64,000 nucleotides of DNA from Okamejei kenojei (GCA_035221665.1 CM069151.1:16244001-16308000); one strand, 5' to 3'; positions 26,876 through 39,895 are shown, counted from the first letter of the stretch. The notes: a model not told the origin generated them from the sequence alone. A program made the numbers and translations.

Positions 26876-27047
26876 ATTCACAATCCCACTTTGAACAGCA
26901 ACCATCTTGAGTTTCAACTCTGACAGGGTTTAATCCATTGTAACATTTTGGTTTCACTGGTAATTCACAGGCAACATGTTCAATTTTGAACATTTCGTCT
27001 TTAACACAAGTAAGGGTTGCACAGTTCTCTTTCCATGTTTCATTGCA
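26876..27047 (-). CDS. mucin exon, VWC-like domain before D4
   Basis: 172 nt; CNETWKENCATLTCVKDEMFKIEHVACELPVKPKCYNGLNPVRVETQDGCCSKWDCE. Confidence 0.92.
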
Positions 27048-27860
27048 CTAGGGAAGGATGACAAAAAATGTATACATCAACAACTTACACATTTGCCATG
27101 TTGTTTGAATTATGCATGTTACTGCATATGAAAAAGCATATTGTGGGGTGGCTTGGTTGCATTAGTTTCCAACTAAGCTATTTGAATATGAAAGGGCATC
27201 ACGTGTTGGTTTCTCTGAACCATAGAAGCCTCTTATTGTGATGGAATGTTTGGAGAACCAAAATTGTGTTTATTAGATGGCTGAAAATCCAGCCGCCAAT
27301 AATGAGAGATCAGAGTTTTTGAATACCTGCGGTGCTGGTTAAGAGTATGGAGGGATGAGGCAGGGAGGGTGAGAATTATAATACTGAGACATTGGTGGAC
27401 AATGTGGGTAAAACTACATAAAGGTGTTGGATGAATCCAAAGTGACAAAGGCTAGGATATTAGAAGCAAAAGGATGGAGCAAAAAATCAATGGAAGAACA
27501 CGAGGCCAAGTGGATAAACAATGGAAGAGTCACCTCTGGAGAAGCAGAAGAGTGTATGAAAGGTTTGGCGGCAACATAGTGAAACAGGTGAAGAAATGTG
27601 TAATGTTATTAGTTTCAGAAGGTAGTGCTTGACATGAAGACATATGGTTGGAAATTCAGCTCAGAGTTCAATAGAATGTTGAGGATGTAAACTATGTCAT
27701 TAAGCCTTAGGCAAAGCCTAGACATTGCCATTACAAATTGCAATTTATTCTGATAACTACAATAAGATATTCGGTTAATTAAAGGCAACATTTTAAAGGC
27801 AAAGTTTCCAGTACAAATTTACTACCACATCAAATCTGCCCAATTGGGTGAAACAATTAC

Positions 27861-27913
27861 CCTTCTTGGTGGATCTGAATCACAGAAACATTCTTCATGG
27901 GGTGTAGTTTCTT
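27861..27913 (-). CDS. mucin exon, PTS-to-Cys-rich junction
   Basis: 53 nt, phase 1-0; EETTPHEECFCDSDPPRR. Confidence 0.85.
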
Positions 27914-28649
27914 CTGTAAACAAATGCATACATGTCCTTTACATTCAACTTGAAGAAAGGCAAATTAACCCGATAAATGATTGTGAAAAAAATAACTTCA
28001 GCAAATGGCTTCAAAATTATAACCAGACTCCATTCAGCAATATAATTTGTTGGGCGATTTATCTGCATCACAAGTAAACTCTACTTTCAAAAGAACATCA
28101 TTTTGTGAGCAATAGTGTTAACTGCATTTAACATACTGATGATCACTTGGAATTTTCAAGTGCAATGCTGAGAAATTATTGAGAAATGTGAAATCAATTT
28201 AGACATGGAAAAATTATTTTCTTCTCTACAGATCCATCACGAGGGGAGATGCAGCACCAATGAAATAGTATTGTTCAACATGATTTATTCTCAGTTTTTA
28301 TTCCCTTGCAAGACCTCAATGCATTTTAGCATCGTGTACCCACTTATTTATGGCAATCACCAAAAAACCTACCATTGGACTTTTATTATGAATTACATAG
28401 CTTAATTGCCCATGAGAGATGCTTTATTGAGACTCACAGTAGCCATCATATAAAGAAGAGGATTCTAATAATTGAACAACCAAACCCAACAGCCTGTAAG
28501 TATATACTGACAGAGGCGATCACTCACCTGTTATGGATGAAAGAAAATTGAAGAAAGGAAGGGAAAGGAGTGCAACTGAAAACGATGTTTATGAGCTTAG
28601 CTGTGATATAAAAACCCATGGGTTTACATTGAGAGTAGTTATCACTCAC

Positions 28650-28706
28650 CAGTTGTGGGACTGGTGGTAGATTCTGTTGTTGTCGTCGCTGTTGTTGTAG
28701 TTTTTT
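28650..28706 (-). CDS. PTS micro-exon
   Basis: 57 nt; EKTTTTATTTTESTTSPTT. Confidence 0.8.
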
Positions 28707-29078
28707 CTGTAAACACACACATACACGGCCTTTACACTCAACTTGAAGAATTACACATTGAGTAGCAAAATGAACATATATTGCACAAATTAAAAGAAAT
28801 TGTGGAATAACATTTCAACATAATCACTGCAAATATACAATCCATACTATATTCAACAGTAATATTTGTATGTGTTTCAACTCCAGCACATACTTTGGGC
28901 ATTACTGCCATTCCTTTGCATTGCATTAAAACACTATTTGAAATTCGATAACATCCCATGAGATGCTGAGGAAAATTGTGTTGCACAAGGCAACATTGAT
29001 CAACATTGTCACAACCTGCGAGTGGTACTGTATTTGAGCATATTTGCGTTAAAATGATTGATAAAATGCATTACTCAC

Positions 29079-29138
29079 CAGTTGTGGGGGTGGTGGTAGA
29101 CGTGGTTGTGGTTGGCTCAGTTGTCGTTGTTGTTTTTT
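29079..29138 (-). CDS. PTS micro-exon
   Basis: 60 nt; KTTTTTEPTTTTSTTTPTT. Confidence 0.8.
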
Positions 29139-29258
29139 CTGCAAATAAAAGCATTACATGCAACTTGAGAATAATTCAACTGAGGGCAAGCGGAAGTTGA
29201 AATTGAATGACTGAACGTAACGGCTGGTAATAACCTACTGACAGAGGTGATCACTCAC

Positions 29259-29309
29259 TTGTTGTGTAAGTGGTGGTGGTGCTTGGTGGCACCGTGGGAG
29301 TTGTTTCTT
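29259..29309 (-). CDS. PTS micro-exon
   Basis: 51 nt; EETTPTVPPSTTTTYTT. Confidence 0.78.
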
Positions 29310-29336
29310 CTGGAAAATAATGAAGGCATTACATTT

Positions 29337-29551
29337 GTTTAAGAAGGAACTGCAGATGCTGGAAAATCGAAGTTAAACAAAAATGCTGGAGAAACTCAGC
29401 GGGTGCAGCAGCATCTATGGAGCGAAGGAAATAGGCAACGTTTCGGGCCGAAACGGGTCTGACGAAGGGGTTCGGCCCGAAATATTGCCGATTTCCTTCG
29501 CTCCATAGATGCTGCTGCACCCGCTGAGTTTCTCCAGCATTTTTGTCTACC
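29337..29551. mobile_element. palindromic PLE-derived non-autonomous element with 14-bp TSD (copies at 35454-35668 and 41569-41783)
   Basis: ~75-bp inverted arms; TSD AAGGCATTACATTT; empty site at ~47665-47682. Confidence 0.8.
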
Positions 29552-29648
29552 AAGGCATTACATTTGTTTTGAATTATGTGATATAATATGTATATGTATC
29601 GGGGAGCTTGTGTTAAAAAGAGTTGCAAATGAAAATATCACCACCCAC

Positions 29649-29699
29649 CAGTTGTGGAAGTGGTTGTGGACTCAGTTGTGCTAGTTTTCGTAGATGTTT
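29649..29699 (-). CDS. PTS micro-exon (in frame only via the second AG)
   Basis: 1-nt insertion relative to paralogs: TTTAG-AAAG-AAACA; 55 nt from the first AG, 51 nt (in frame) from the second. Confidence 0.5.
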
Positions 29700-30291
29700 C
29701 TTTCTAAAGAGAAACAAATTAATGGACAATTAAATCATCCATGTTGAATCGTAGATTTTGAATGACCGACGAATTCAAACGGTAATTGGACTATTTCAAA
29801 AGAGATTGTGTAGAGTGGAATTAAACTCCTTTAATTACTTCCTATCTTGCAAAGGACTTGCAGCAAGAAATTGTACTAAAATATGGTCACAGCTGAAATG
29901 TAGGGAACACCCATAAACTACTTATTCATATCTTCATCCTATAAACTATAGAACTTAAAAATATTTCCTGAGAAATGTTGTTGCAATTATCGTTATTATT
30001 CATGGTAGTGGGAGAGATGTTTCTGTTCTTTGCTATTGGCCACAAGATATACTGCAGTCACGACACCACACTCACAAACCCAGCTCAAAATCTCAAGCTG
30101 AATAGCACAGTATTGTCAGTGCTGCACTATCTCTATCCTGCATCAGAGGACCATCAAGACTGAACCCACAGACTCTAAAATGGGATCATGAAATTGCGAA
30201 ACTTGAAGCAAGGATGGGAACATGAGTGTATGAGCTCAGCTGTGATTAAAAAAAAACCCATGAGTGTACATTGAGAAAAGTTATCACTTAC

Positions 30292-30357
30292 CAGTTGTAG
30301 GACTGGTGGTAGATTCTGTGGTGGTCGTAGCTGTTGTTGTTGTTGTTGTTGTTTCTT
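30292..30357 (-). CDS. PTS micro-exon, (ACA)7
   Basis: 66 nt; EE-T7-ATTTTESTTSPTT. Confidence 0.8.
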
Positions 30358-30608
30358 CTGTAAACAAATGCATACATGTCCTTTATATTCAACTTGAAGA
30401 AAGGCACATTTGGGAGAGTAGTAACACAATCAGCATATGTGCATAAATTAAAAGAAGTTGTGGAATAACTTCAACAAAAGCCACTGCAAATTTATAATCA
30501 TCACAGCATTCAGCAGTATCATTTGCATGTGGTTCAACTCCAGCACAAGCTGGACATACTTTGGACATTGTTTTCCATCCTTTAAAATGATTGTTCACAA
30601 GTACTCAC

Positions 30609-30953
30609 CAGTTGTGGGACTGGTTGTAGACTCAGTTGTAGTCGCGGGGACAGTTGTAGTCTCAGTTGGCTCGCAGCAAACTCTAATTCTGTAGTCACTA
30701 CAAAAGTGGCCAACATTTCCAGAGTACGTGCAGATCAATCCTATGTCTGTATTGCAGGTCACAGGATCTGGTGATACACTTAGTGGCCATTCAGGATGAT
30801 TAGCAAATTGGCACTGAATGTTAGTAATTTCATCGGAAGAAGATGGGCACAATTTAGTGCCATATGTTTCCAACAATTCATAATCATGTGGAGATCCCGT
30901 TGTTGGTGTATGTTTATTATTCCAAGGAGACCATACACCCAAACAGACTGGCA
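30609..30953 (-). CDS. CysD (WxxW) exon, copy 3
   Basis: 345 nt, within ORF 30595..30999; WSPWNNKHTPTTGSPHDYELLETYG variant. Confidence 0.93.
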
Positions 30954-32042
30954 CTGTAATGTAAAGAAAGAAAACATAAGGCAAACTTGTATAAAACAAT
31001 ACAAAGTGGGAAATATAAACATAAATATAAAAAACAAGATTTGCGAAACATGGTTGTGCATCAAAATGAATCTTCCAAATTACAGTTTAAATGAAAATGG
31101 GAACAGTAAAATGGGAATAATAACAATATGTTTGGGGAACTGTTGATTAATCTGAATTAAGATACAACCTCAAGTATCAGATAGGGAAACAGTCATTGCC
31201 AGTGCAGAACAAAACAATGGGGAAAAGCATAAAGCACAAACGTGAGATGTCACTTATCAGGCAGCTGACTGCAGCTGAGCACTAACTATTGCATGATTTT
31301 AACAGCCGGATATTCTTTCCACTTTGATGGGTTGGTCTCAGCGTGCTATTGAAGAACATTATTGGAGTAATTGCGCTGCCTCACCATATCACCTTCAAAC
31401 ATGCTACGTACTGTATATGGTGAAAATTGGTAGGCAAGAGGGAAATGGCAAAAGGGTAGCTGCTCCAGGATAATATATGATAATGGAACACGTTTGCTGT
31501 CAATTCATAAAACAGAATCAAGAGTTAAAAAAAAAAGAGTCACTGCGCCCTCCTCACCCAGTTTGCCAGGTGAGGAGGGGGCAGTGAACCCCCGGCAGGA
31601 CCAAAAACAAGACCTGACAGAAGGCAGATGAGCTCCTAGGGAGCCAACGGCCATCCACACTTCAGTAGAAGTTGCGATCACTGTTGTACATAGCATTGTA
31701 AGGCACCGTGCACAAAATACATCAGGAATAATTGATTATAGACATATATAATGGCAATCTAAATAATATTAGCACAGGCACCTAGAAAGAAGCATGAACT
31801 ATATTTTGATAGAATCAGCAGGTGCCACCCACATTAAAACCTCTGCTGATTTTAATACCTTTTAGTTAAAGAAAATTGTTTCAACTTATCTATTAAAAGA
31901 ATTTGCAACAGCTTGTACTTAATATGTTTGACAATAACCTCCTGTGAGAGTATACCACATAGGTAGAGAAGAAAACAAATGGATTTTCATTGTGGTCAGT
32001 TGAGGTTGCAAAATAATATATATTGAAAAAGCCAACACTTAC

Positions 32043-32087
32043 CTGTTGTGGAAAGAATGCTGGTTGATGTCACAGTTGATGTTTCTT
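32043..32087 (-). CDS. PTS micro-exon
   Basis: 45 nt; EETSTVTSTSILSTT. Confidence 0.8.
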
Positions 32088-32789
32088 CTGGAAAATAACA
32101 AACAAATTCAAATCACAAAGGCAACTCAATTCTTATACCGCTCAAGCAGATTTCAGACATAAGAAAAATGAAAGCAGAAATGACTGGGAGTACTTGGTAG
32201 GTCGAGCAGCATCTGTTAAGAATTAACATTTGAGACTGATTCTATTTTATAAGTACTGGAAAATTTAGAATGAAACTAAAGTTACAGTGCAGAGAAATAG
32301 GGGATGATGTGACGGGCTGGAGACCAGGAGAGATTGAGTGACCCAAATGGTGACTGAAAGATGGAAAGAAAGGAGAAGAAAGAACAAGGGGTATGTCTTG
32401 AAAAAGTGTTACTGCAACGAAACAAATAAAATCTAAAAAATAATCAGGAAAGGCAGTGAGTATCCAAGAAAAGGAAAGGGAGGGTCCACAGCAGAGTGAA
32501 GACCAAAACAGATTTACTGTAGTATATATTAATTATGAGAATTAAAATGTCTGTCATTTAAATGTTCCCTACATTTCCACTTTGTATCTCCAACACATTT
32601 CCAATAAAGTTCAGTACTCAGTGTAAGTTACAGTACCTCATCTTCCAACTGCGCATATGGCTTTAGGACCCAAGAGTAAATTTGACTTTCAGATAATCAG
32701 CTGGTTTTGTATATCACATTTGGTCTTTAATCTCTCTCCAGTATGGTGTCTCAGATTTTAGTTGTATGATTACATTTACATTACCACAC

Positions 32790-33545
32790 GGGGGCGCCAT
32801 TTGAAGGCAGCCTCTGCCTGCAGTCTGTCTGTGTTTTTTCATCTTTTTGTTATTTTTAGTCAGTTTAAAAGTATGTTTTGGAGGTATTCTTATTCTTTTG
32901 ATGTGGGGTTGGGGGGCAGGGTAAGGGGGGGGGGGAACCTTTTCTCAGTCTCTTCCTGGCGAGGATGCGACTATTCTCATCTTCGCCCACTCCTCGCGGC
33001 CTACCAACTGGATTGGCGCGGCCTTTCCTGCCGGAGACCGACCAGAGCTTCAACAGTGACGCAGCACTGAATTAACACCTCTGAGTGGAGCTGTCTGTTC
33101 CTTACTGGGGATCGTTTGATGAAGCTCCGGAGCGTTGGGCCTACTGTTTTAACATCGTAGAGCTATGGTTGCGGAGCTTCTAGCTGCGGGCAACGCTGAA
33201 GAACATCGCGGAGTCCTGGTGGTCCCTTTGCCGAGGATGCCAGTGTGAATCTCCGCCAAGCACGGCCTGTGGACGTCGGGAGCCGTGGTCTCCGGTAGGT
33301 GGCGGGTTCGGAACTCCAAGCCGCTGAGAGAGTTCTCTGTTCCGACGTCGGAGTTCCGATCATCCCGGCGAGGGCCTGAACATCGGGGCCCACGACCACG
33401 GGTAAACAAAGAGGAAGATGACTGAACTTTAATGCCTTCCCTCACAGTGGGAAACGTTGATTCTGCTGTGTGGGGATGTCTTTGTTAAATTCTATGGTGT
33501 GTTGTGTTTCTTTTTTATTCGTATGGCTGTATGGCAACCCACATT
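32790..33545 (+). mobile_element. non-autonomous retroelement (SINE-like), duplicated at ~38912-39660
   Basis: GC-rich interspersed repeat; its 3' part matches 55327-55510 in reverse and its 5' part matches 3490-3800. Confidence 0.6.
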
Positions 33546-33780
33546 TCTGGTGCTTGATACAGAAATAATTCCGAATGTTAACGAAGGAGATATATTTGAT
33601 CTGTTCTGTATCATATCACCAACCTCGAGTGAACCCTTAAGATTCTGGAGAAGGATAGAACTCTACTGCGTTGAAATTGAAACGATTGTGGCAAGCCAAT
33701 AAAGTTCAAGCTTGCAGTGCTTAAAAGGATAGTTGCGTTAAAATATCCATGAATTAATATTGAATGAAGGCATCACCCAC

Positions 33781-33851
33781 CAGTTATCTGAATTAATATG
33801 AATTAATCTGACTGGTGGTAAACTCAGTTATGGTTGATTCTGTTATTGTTT
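33781..33851 (-). pseudogene. degenerate PTS pseudo-exon
   Basis: Paralog of 39896-39966; in-frame stop. Confidence 0.6.
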
Positions 33852-34738
33852 CTTAAGAAAGTAAAAGCATTCATGACCATTCAACCATGAATGGCACAAC
33901 TGAGGCAGTAGAAAATTAACCTAATAAATGATTGTGTAACATAATTTCAGCAAATGGCTTCAAAATTATAACCATACTCCATTCAGCAATATAATGTGCT
34001 GGGTGATTTATCTGCATCACAAGTAAACTCTACTTTCAATAGAAGATTATTTTGTGAGCTGGAGTGGTAACTGCAGTTAACATACTGTTGATCACTTGGA
34101 ACTTTCAAGTGTAATGCTGAGAAATTATTGAGAAATATGAAAACAATTTAGACATGGAAAAATTATTTTCTTCTCTGCAGAACCATCACGAGTGGAGATG
34201 CAGCAGCAACAAAATAGTATAGTCCTGCACGATTTATTCTCAGTTTTCATTCCCTCGCAAGACCTCAATGCATTTCAGTATGGTGTGCCCACTTATTTAT
34301 GGCAATCACCAAAAAACCTACCATTGCACTTTTATTATGAATTACATAGCTTAATTACCCATGAGAGATGCTTTACTCCGTCTCACACAGGCTGGCTGAT
34401 CATCATATAGCCATCATTTAAAGAAGAGGATTCTAATAATTGTCTGCAGAAATAAATTTCAGGACCCTTCATTCAATATTTAGACGAATGCTTGTTATTG
34501 GAAATTGTAGCGTATAGGTCAAATTATTAGACTTTTCCTGAAGATGAGTAGAAGTTTTAATTGAACAACCAAACCCAACAGCCAGTAAGTATATACTGAA
34601 AGAGGCGATCACTCCTCTGTTATGGATGAAGGGAAATTGAAGAAAGGAAGGGAAAGGAGTGCAACTGAAAACGATGTTTATGAGCTTAGCTGTGATATAA
34701 AAACCCATGGGTTTACATTGAGAGTAGTTATCACTCAC

Positions 34739-34795
34739 CAGTTGTGGGACTGGTGGTAGATTCTGTTGTTGTCGTCGCTGTTGTTGTAGTTTTTT
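34739..34795 (-). CDS. PTS micro-exon
   Basis: 57 nt; paralog of 40854-40910. Confidence 0.8.
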
Positions 34796-35194
34796 CTGTA
34801 AACACACACATACACGGCCTTTACACTCAACTTGAAGAATTACACATTTGAGAGAGGAGTAACAAAATGAACATATATTGCACAAATTAAAAGTTGTGGA
34901 ATAATATTTCAACATAATCACTGCAAATATACAATCCATACTATATTCAGCAGTAATATTTGTATGTGTTTCAACTCCAGCACATACTTTGGGCATTACT
35001 ATCATTCCTTTGCATTGCATTAAAAGACCATTCTAGTTTGAATCTCAAGACTTTGAAATTCGATAACATCCCATGAGCTGCTGAGGTAAAATTGTGTTGC
35101 ACAAGGCAACATTGATCAACATTGTCACAACCTGCGAGTGGTACTGTATTTGAGCATATTTTTGTTAAAATGATTGATAAAATGCATTACTCAC

Positions 35195-35254
35195 CAGTTG
35201 TGGGGGTGGTGGTAGACGTGGTTGTAGTTGGCTCGGTTGTCGTTGTTGTTTTTT
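35195..35254 (-). CDS. PTS micro-exon
   Basis: 60 nt; paralog of 41310-41369. Confidence 0.8.
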
Positions 35255-35375
35255 CTGCAAATAAAAGCATTACATGCAACTTGAAGAATAATTCAACTGA
35301 GGGCAAGCGTAAGTTGAAATTGAATGACTGAACGTAACGGCTGGTAATAACCTACTGACAGAGGTGATCACTCAC

Positions 35376-35426
35376 CTGTTGTGTAAGTGGTGGTGGTGCT
35401 TGGTGGCACCGTGGGAGTTGTTTCTT
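35376..35426 (-). CDS. PTS micro-exon
   Basis: 51 nt; paralog of 41491-41541. Confidence 0.8.
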
Positions 35427-35765
35427 CTGGAAAATAATAAAGGCATTACATTTGTTTAAGAAGGAACTGCAGATGCTGGAAAATCGAAGTTAAACAAAAA
35501 TGCTGGAGAAACTCAGCGGGTGCAGCAGCATCTATGGAGCGAAGGAAATAGGCAACGTTTCGGGCCGAAACGGGTCTGACGAAGGGGTTCGGCCCGAAAT
35601 ATTGCCGATTTCCTTCGCTCCATAGATGCTGCTGCACCCGCTGAGTTTCTCCAGCATTTTTGTCTACCAAGGCATTACATTTGTTTTGAATTATGTGATA
35701 TAATATGTATATGTATCGGGGAGCTTGTGTTAAAAAGAGTTGCAAATGAAAATATCACCACCCAC

Positions 35766-35819
35766 CAGTTGTGGAAGTGGTTGTGGACTCAGTTGTGCTA
35801 GTTTTCGTAGATGTTTCTT
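35766..35819 (-). CDS. PTS micro-exon
   Basis: 54 nt; paralog of 41881-41934. Confidence 0.75.
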
Positions 35820-36406
35820 CTAAAGAGAAACAAATTAATGGACAATTAAATCATCCATGTTGAATCGTAGATTTTGAATGACCGACGAATTCAAACGGTA
35901 ATTGGACTATTTCAAAAGAGATTGTGTAGAGTGGAATTAAACTCCTTTAATTACTTCCTATCTTGCAAAGGACTTGCAGCAAGAAATTGTACTAAAATAT
36001 GGTCACAGCTGAAATGTAGGGAACACCCATAAACTACTTATTCATATCTTCATCCTATAAACTATAGAACTTAAAAATATTTCCTGAGAAATGTTGTTGC
36101 AATTATCGTTATTATTCATGGTAGTGGAGATATGTTTCTGTTCTTTGCTATTGGCCACAAGATATACTGCAGTCACGACACCACACTCACAAACCCAGCT
36201 CAAAATCTCAAGCTGAATAGCACAGTATTGTCAGTGCTGCACTATCTCTATCCTGCATCAGAGGACCATCAAGACTGAACCCACAGACTCTAAAATGGGA
36301 TCATGAAATTGCGAAACTTGAAGCAAGGATGGGAACATGAGTGTATGAGCTCAGCTGTGATTAAAAAAAAACCCATGAGTGTACATTGAGAGAAGTTATC
36401 ACTTAC

Positions 36407-36478
36407 CAGTTGTAGGACTGGTGGTAGATTCTGTGGTGGTCGTAGCTGTTGTTGTTGTTGTTGTTGTTGTTGTTTCTT
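36407..36478 (-). CDS. PTS micro-exon, (ACA)9
   Basis: 72 nt; EE-T9-ATTTTESTTSPTT. Confidence 0.8.
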
Positions 36479-36729
36479 CTGTAAACAAATGCATACATGT
36501 CCTTTATATTCAACTTGAAGAAAGGCACATTTGGGAGAGTAGTAACACAATCAGCATATGTGCATAAATTAAAAGAAGTTGTGGAATAACTTCAACAAAA
36601 GCCACTGCAAATTTATAATCATCACAGCATTCAGCAGTATCATTTGCATGTGGTTCAACTCCAGCACAAGCTGGACATACTTTGGACATTGTTTTCCATC
36701 CTTTAAAATGATTGTTCACAAGTACTCAC

Positions 36730-37074
36730 CAGTTGTGGGACTGGTTGTAGACTCAGTTGTAGTCGTGGGGACAGTTGTAGTCTCAGTTGGCTCGCAGCAA
36801 ACTCTAATTCTGTAGTCACTACAAAAGTGGCCAACATTTCCAGAGTACGTGCAGATCAATCCTATGTCTGTATTGCAGGTCACAGGATCTGGTGATACAC
36901 TTAGTGGCCATTCAGGATGATTAGCAAATTGGCACTGAATGTTAGTAATTTCATCGGAAGAAGATGGGCACAATTTAGTGCCATATGGTTTCAATAATTC
37001 ATAATCATTTGGAGATCCCGTTGTTGGTGTATTTGTATTATTCCAAGGAGACCATACACCCAAACAGACTGGCA
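36730..37074 (-). CDS. CysD (WxxW) exon, copy 2
   Basis: 345 nt, within ORF 36716..37120. Confidence 0.93.
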
Positions 37075-38164
37075 CTGTAATGTAAAGAAAGAAAACATAA
37101 GGCAAACTTGTATAAAACAATACAAAGTGGGAAATATAAACATAAATATAAAAAACAAGATTTGCGAAACATGGTTGTGCATCAAAATGAATCTTCCAAA
37201 TTACAGTTTAAATGAAAATGGGAACAGTAAAATGGGAATAATAACAATATGTTTGGGGAAACTGTTGATTAATCTGAATTAAGATACAACCTCAAGTATC
37301 AGATAGGGAAACAGTCATTGCCAGTGCAGAACAGAACAATGGGGAAAAGCATAAAGCACAAACGTGAGATGTCACTTATCAGGCAGCTGACTGCAGCTGA
37401 GCACTAACTATTGCATGATTTTAACAGCCGGATATTCTTTCCACTTTGATGGGTTGGTCTCAGCGTGCTATTGAAGAACATTATTGGAGTAATTGCGCTG
37501 CCTCACCATATCACCTTCAAACATGCTACGTACTGTATATGGTGAAAATTGGTAGGCAAGAGGGAAATGGCAAAAGGGTAGCTGCTCCAGGATAATATAT
37601 GATAATGGAACACGTTTGCTGTCAATTCATAAAACAGAATCAAGAGTTAAAAAAAAGGAGTCACTGCCCCCTCCTCACCCAGTTTGCCAGGTGAGGAGGG
37701 GGCAGTGAACCCCCGGCAGGACCAAAAACAAGACCTGACAGAAGGCAGATGAGCTCCTAGGGAGCCAACGGCCATCCACACTTCAGTAGAAGTTGCGATC
37801 ACTGTTGTACATAGCATTGTAAGGCACCGTGCACAAAATACATCAGGAATAATTGATTATAGACATATATAATGGCAATCTAAATAATATTAGCACAGGC
37901 ACCTAGAAAGAAGCATGAACTATATTTTGATAGAATCAGCAGGTGCCACCCACATTAAAACCTCTGCTGATTTTAATACCTTTTAGTTAAAGAAAATTGT
38001 TTCAACTTATCTATTAAAAGAATTTGCAACAGCTTGTACTTAATATGTTTGACAATAACCTCCTGTGAGAGTATACCACATAGGTAGAGAAGAAAACAAA
38101 TGGATTTTCATTGTGGTCAGTTGAGGTTGCAAAATAAATATATATTGAAAAAGCCAACACTTAC

Positions 38165-38209
38165 CTGTTGTGGAAAGAATGCTGGTTGATGTCACAGTTG
38201 ATGTTTCTT
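38165..38209 (-). CDS. PTS micro-exon
   Basis: 45 nt; EETSTVTSTSILSTT. Confidence 0.8.
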
Positions 38210-39895
38210 CTGGAAAATAACAAACAAATTCAAATCACAAAGGCAACTCAATTCTTATACCGCTCAAGCAGATTTCAGACATAAGAAAAATGAAAGCAGA
38301 AATGACTGGGAGTACTTGGTAGGTCGAGCAGCATCTGTTAAGAATTAACATTTGAGACTGATTCTATTTTATAAGTACTGGAAAATTTAGAATGAAACTA
38401 AATTTACAGTGCAGAGAAATAGGGGATGATGTGACGGGCTGGAGACCAGGAGAGATTGAGTGACCCAAATGGTGACTGAAAGATGGAAAGAAAGGAGAAG
38501 AAAGAACAAGGGGTATGTCTGGAAAAAGTGTTACTGCAGCGAAACAAATAAAATCTAAAAAATAATCAGGAAAGGCAGTGAGTATCCAAGAAAAGGAAAG
38601 GGAGGGTCCACAGCAGAGTGGAGACCAAAACAGATTTACTGTAGTATATATTAATTATGAGAATTAAAATGTCTGTCATTTAAATGTTCCCTACATTTCC
38701 ACTTTGTATCTGCAACACATTTCCAATAAAGTTCAGTACTCAGTGTAAGTTACAGTACCTCATCTTCCAACTGCGCATATGGCTTTAGGACCCAAGAGTA
38801 AATTTGACTTTCAGATAATCAGCTGGTTTTGTATATCACATTTGGTCTTTAATCTCTCTCCAGTATGGTGTCTCAGATTTCAGTTGTATGATTACATTTA
38901 CATTACCACACGGGGGCGCCATTTGAAGGCAGCCTCTGCCTGCAGTCTGTCTGTGTTTTTTCATCTTTTTGTTATTTTTAGTCAGTTTAAAAGTATGTTT
39001 TGGAGGTATTCTTATTCTTTTTATGTGGGGTTGTGGGGCAGGGTAAGGGGGGGGGGGAACCTTTTCTCAGTCTCTTCCTGGCGAGGATGCGACTATTCTC
39101 ATCTTCGCCCACTCCTCGCGGCCTACCAACTGGATTGGCGCGGCCTTTCCTGCCGGAGACCGACCAGAGCTTCAACAGTGACTCAGCACTGAATTAACAC
39201 CTCTGAGTGGAGCTGTCTGTTCCTTACTGTGGATCGTTTGATGAAGCTCCGGAGCGTTGGGCCTACTGTTTTAACATCGTAGAGCTATGGTTGTGGAGCT
39301 TCTAGCCGCGGGCAACGCTGAAGAACATCGCGGAGCCCTGGTGGTCCCTTTGCCGAGGATGCCAGTGTGAATCTCCGCCAAGCACGGCCTGTGGACGTCG
39401 GGAGCCGTGGTCGGTGGCGGGTTCGGAACTCCAAGCCGCTGAGAGAGTTCTCCGTTCCGACGTCGGAGTTCCGATCATCCCGGCGAGGGCCTGAACATCG
39501 GGGCCCACGACTACGGGTAAACAAAGAGGAAGATGACTGAACTTTAATGCCTTCCCTCACAGTGGGAAACGTTGATTCTGCTGTGTGGGGATGTCTTTGT
39601 TAAATTCTATGGTGTGTTGTGTTTCTTTTTTATTCGTATGGCTGTATGGCAACCCACATTTCTGGTGCTTGATACAGAAATAATTCCGAATGTTAACGAA
39701 GGAGATATATTTGATCTGTTCTGTATCATATCACCAACCTCGAGTGAACCCTTAAGATTCTGGAGAAGGATAGAACTCTACTGCGTTGAAATTGAAACGA
39801 TTGTGGCAAGCCAATAAAGTTCAAGCTTGCAGTGCTTAAAAGGATAGTTGCGTTAAAATATCCATGAATTAATATTGAATGAAGGCATCACCCAC

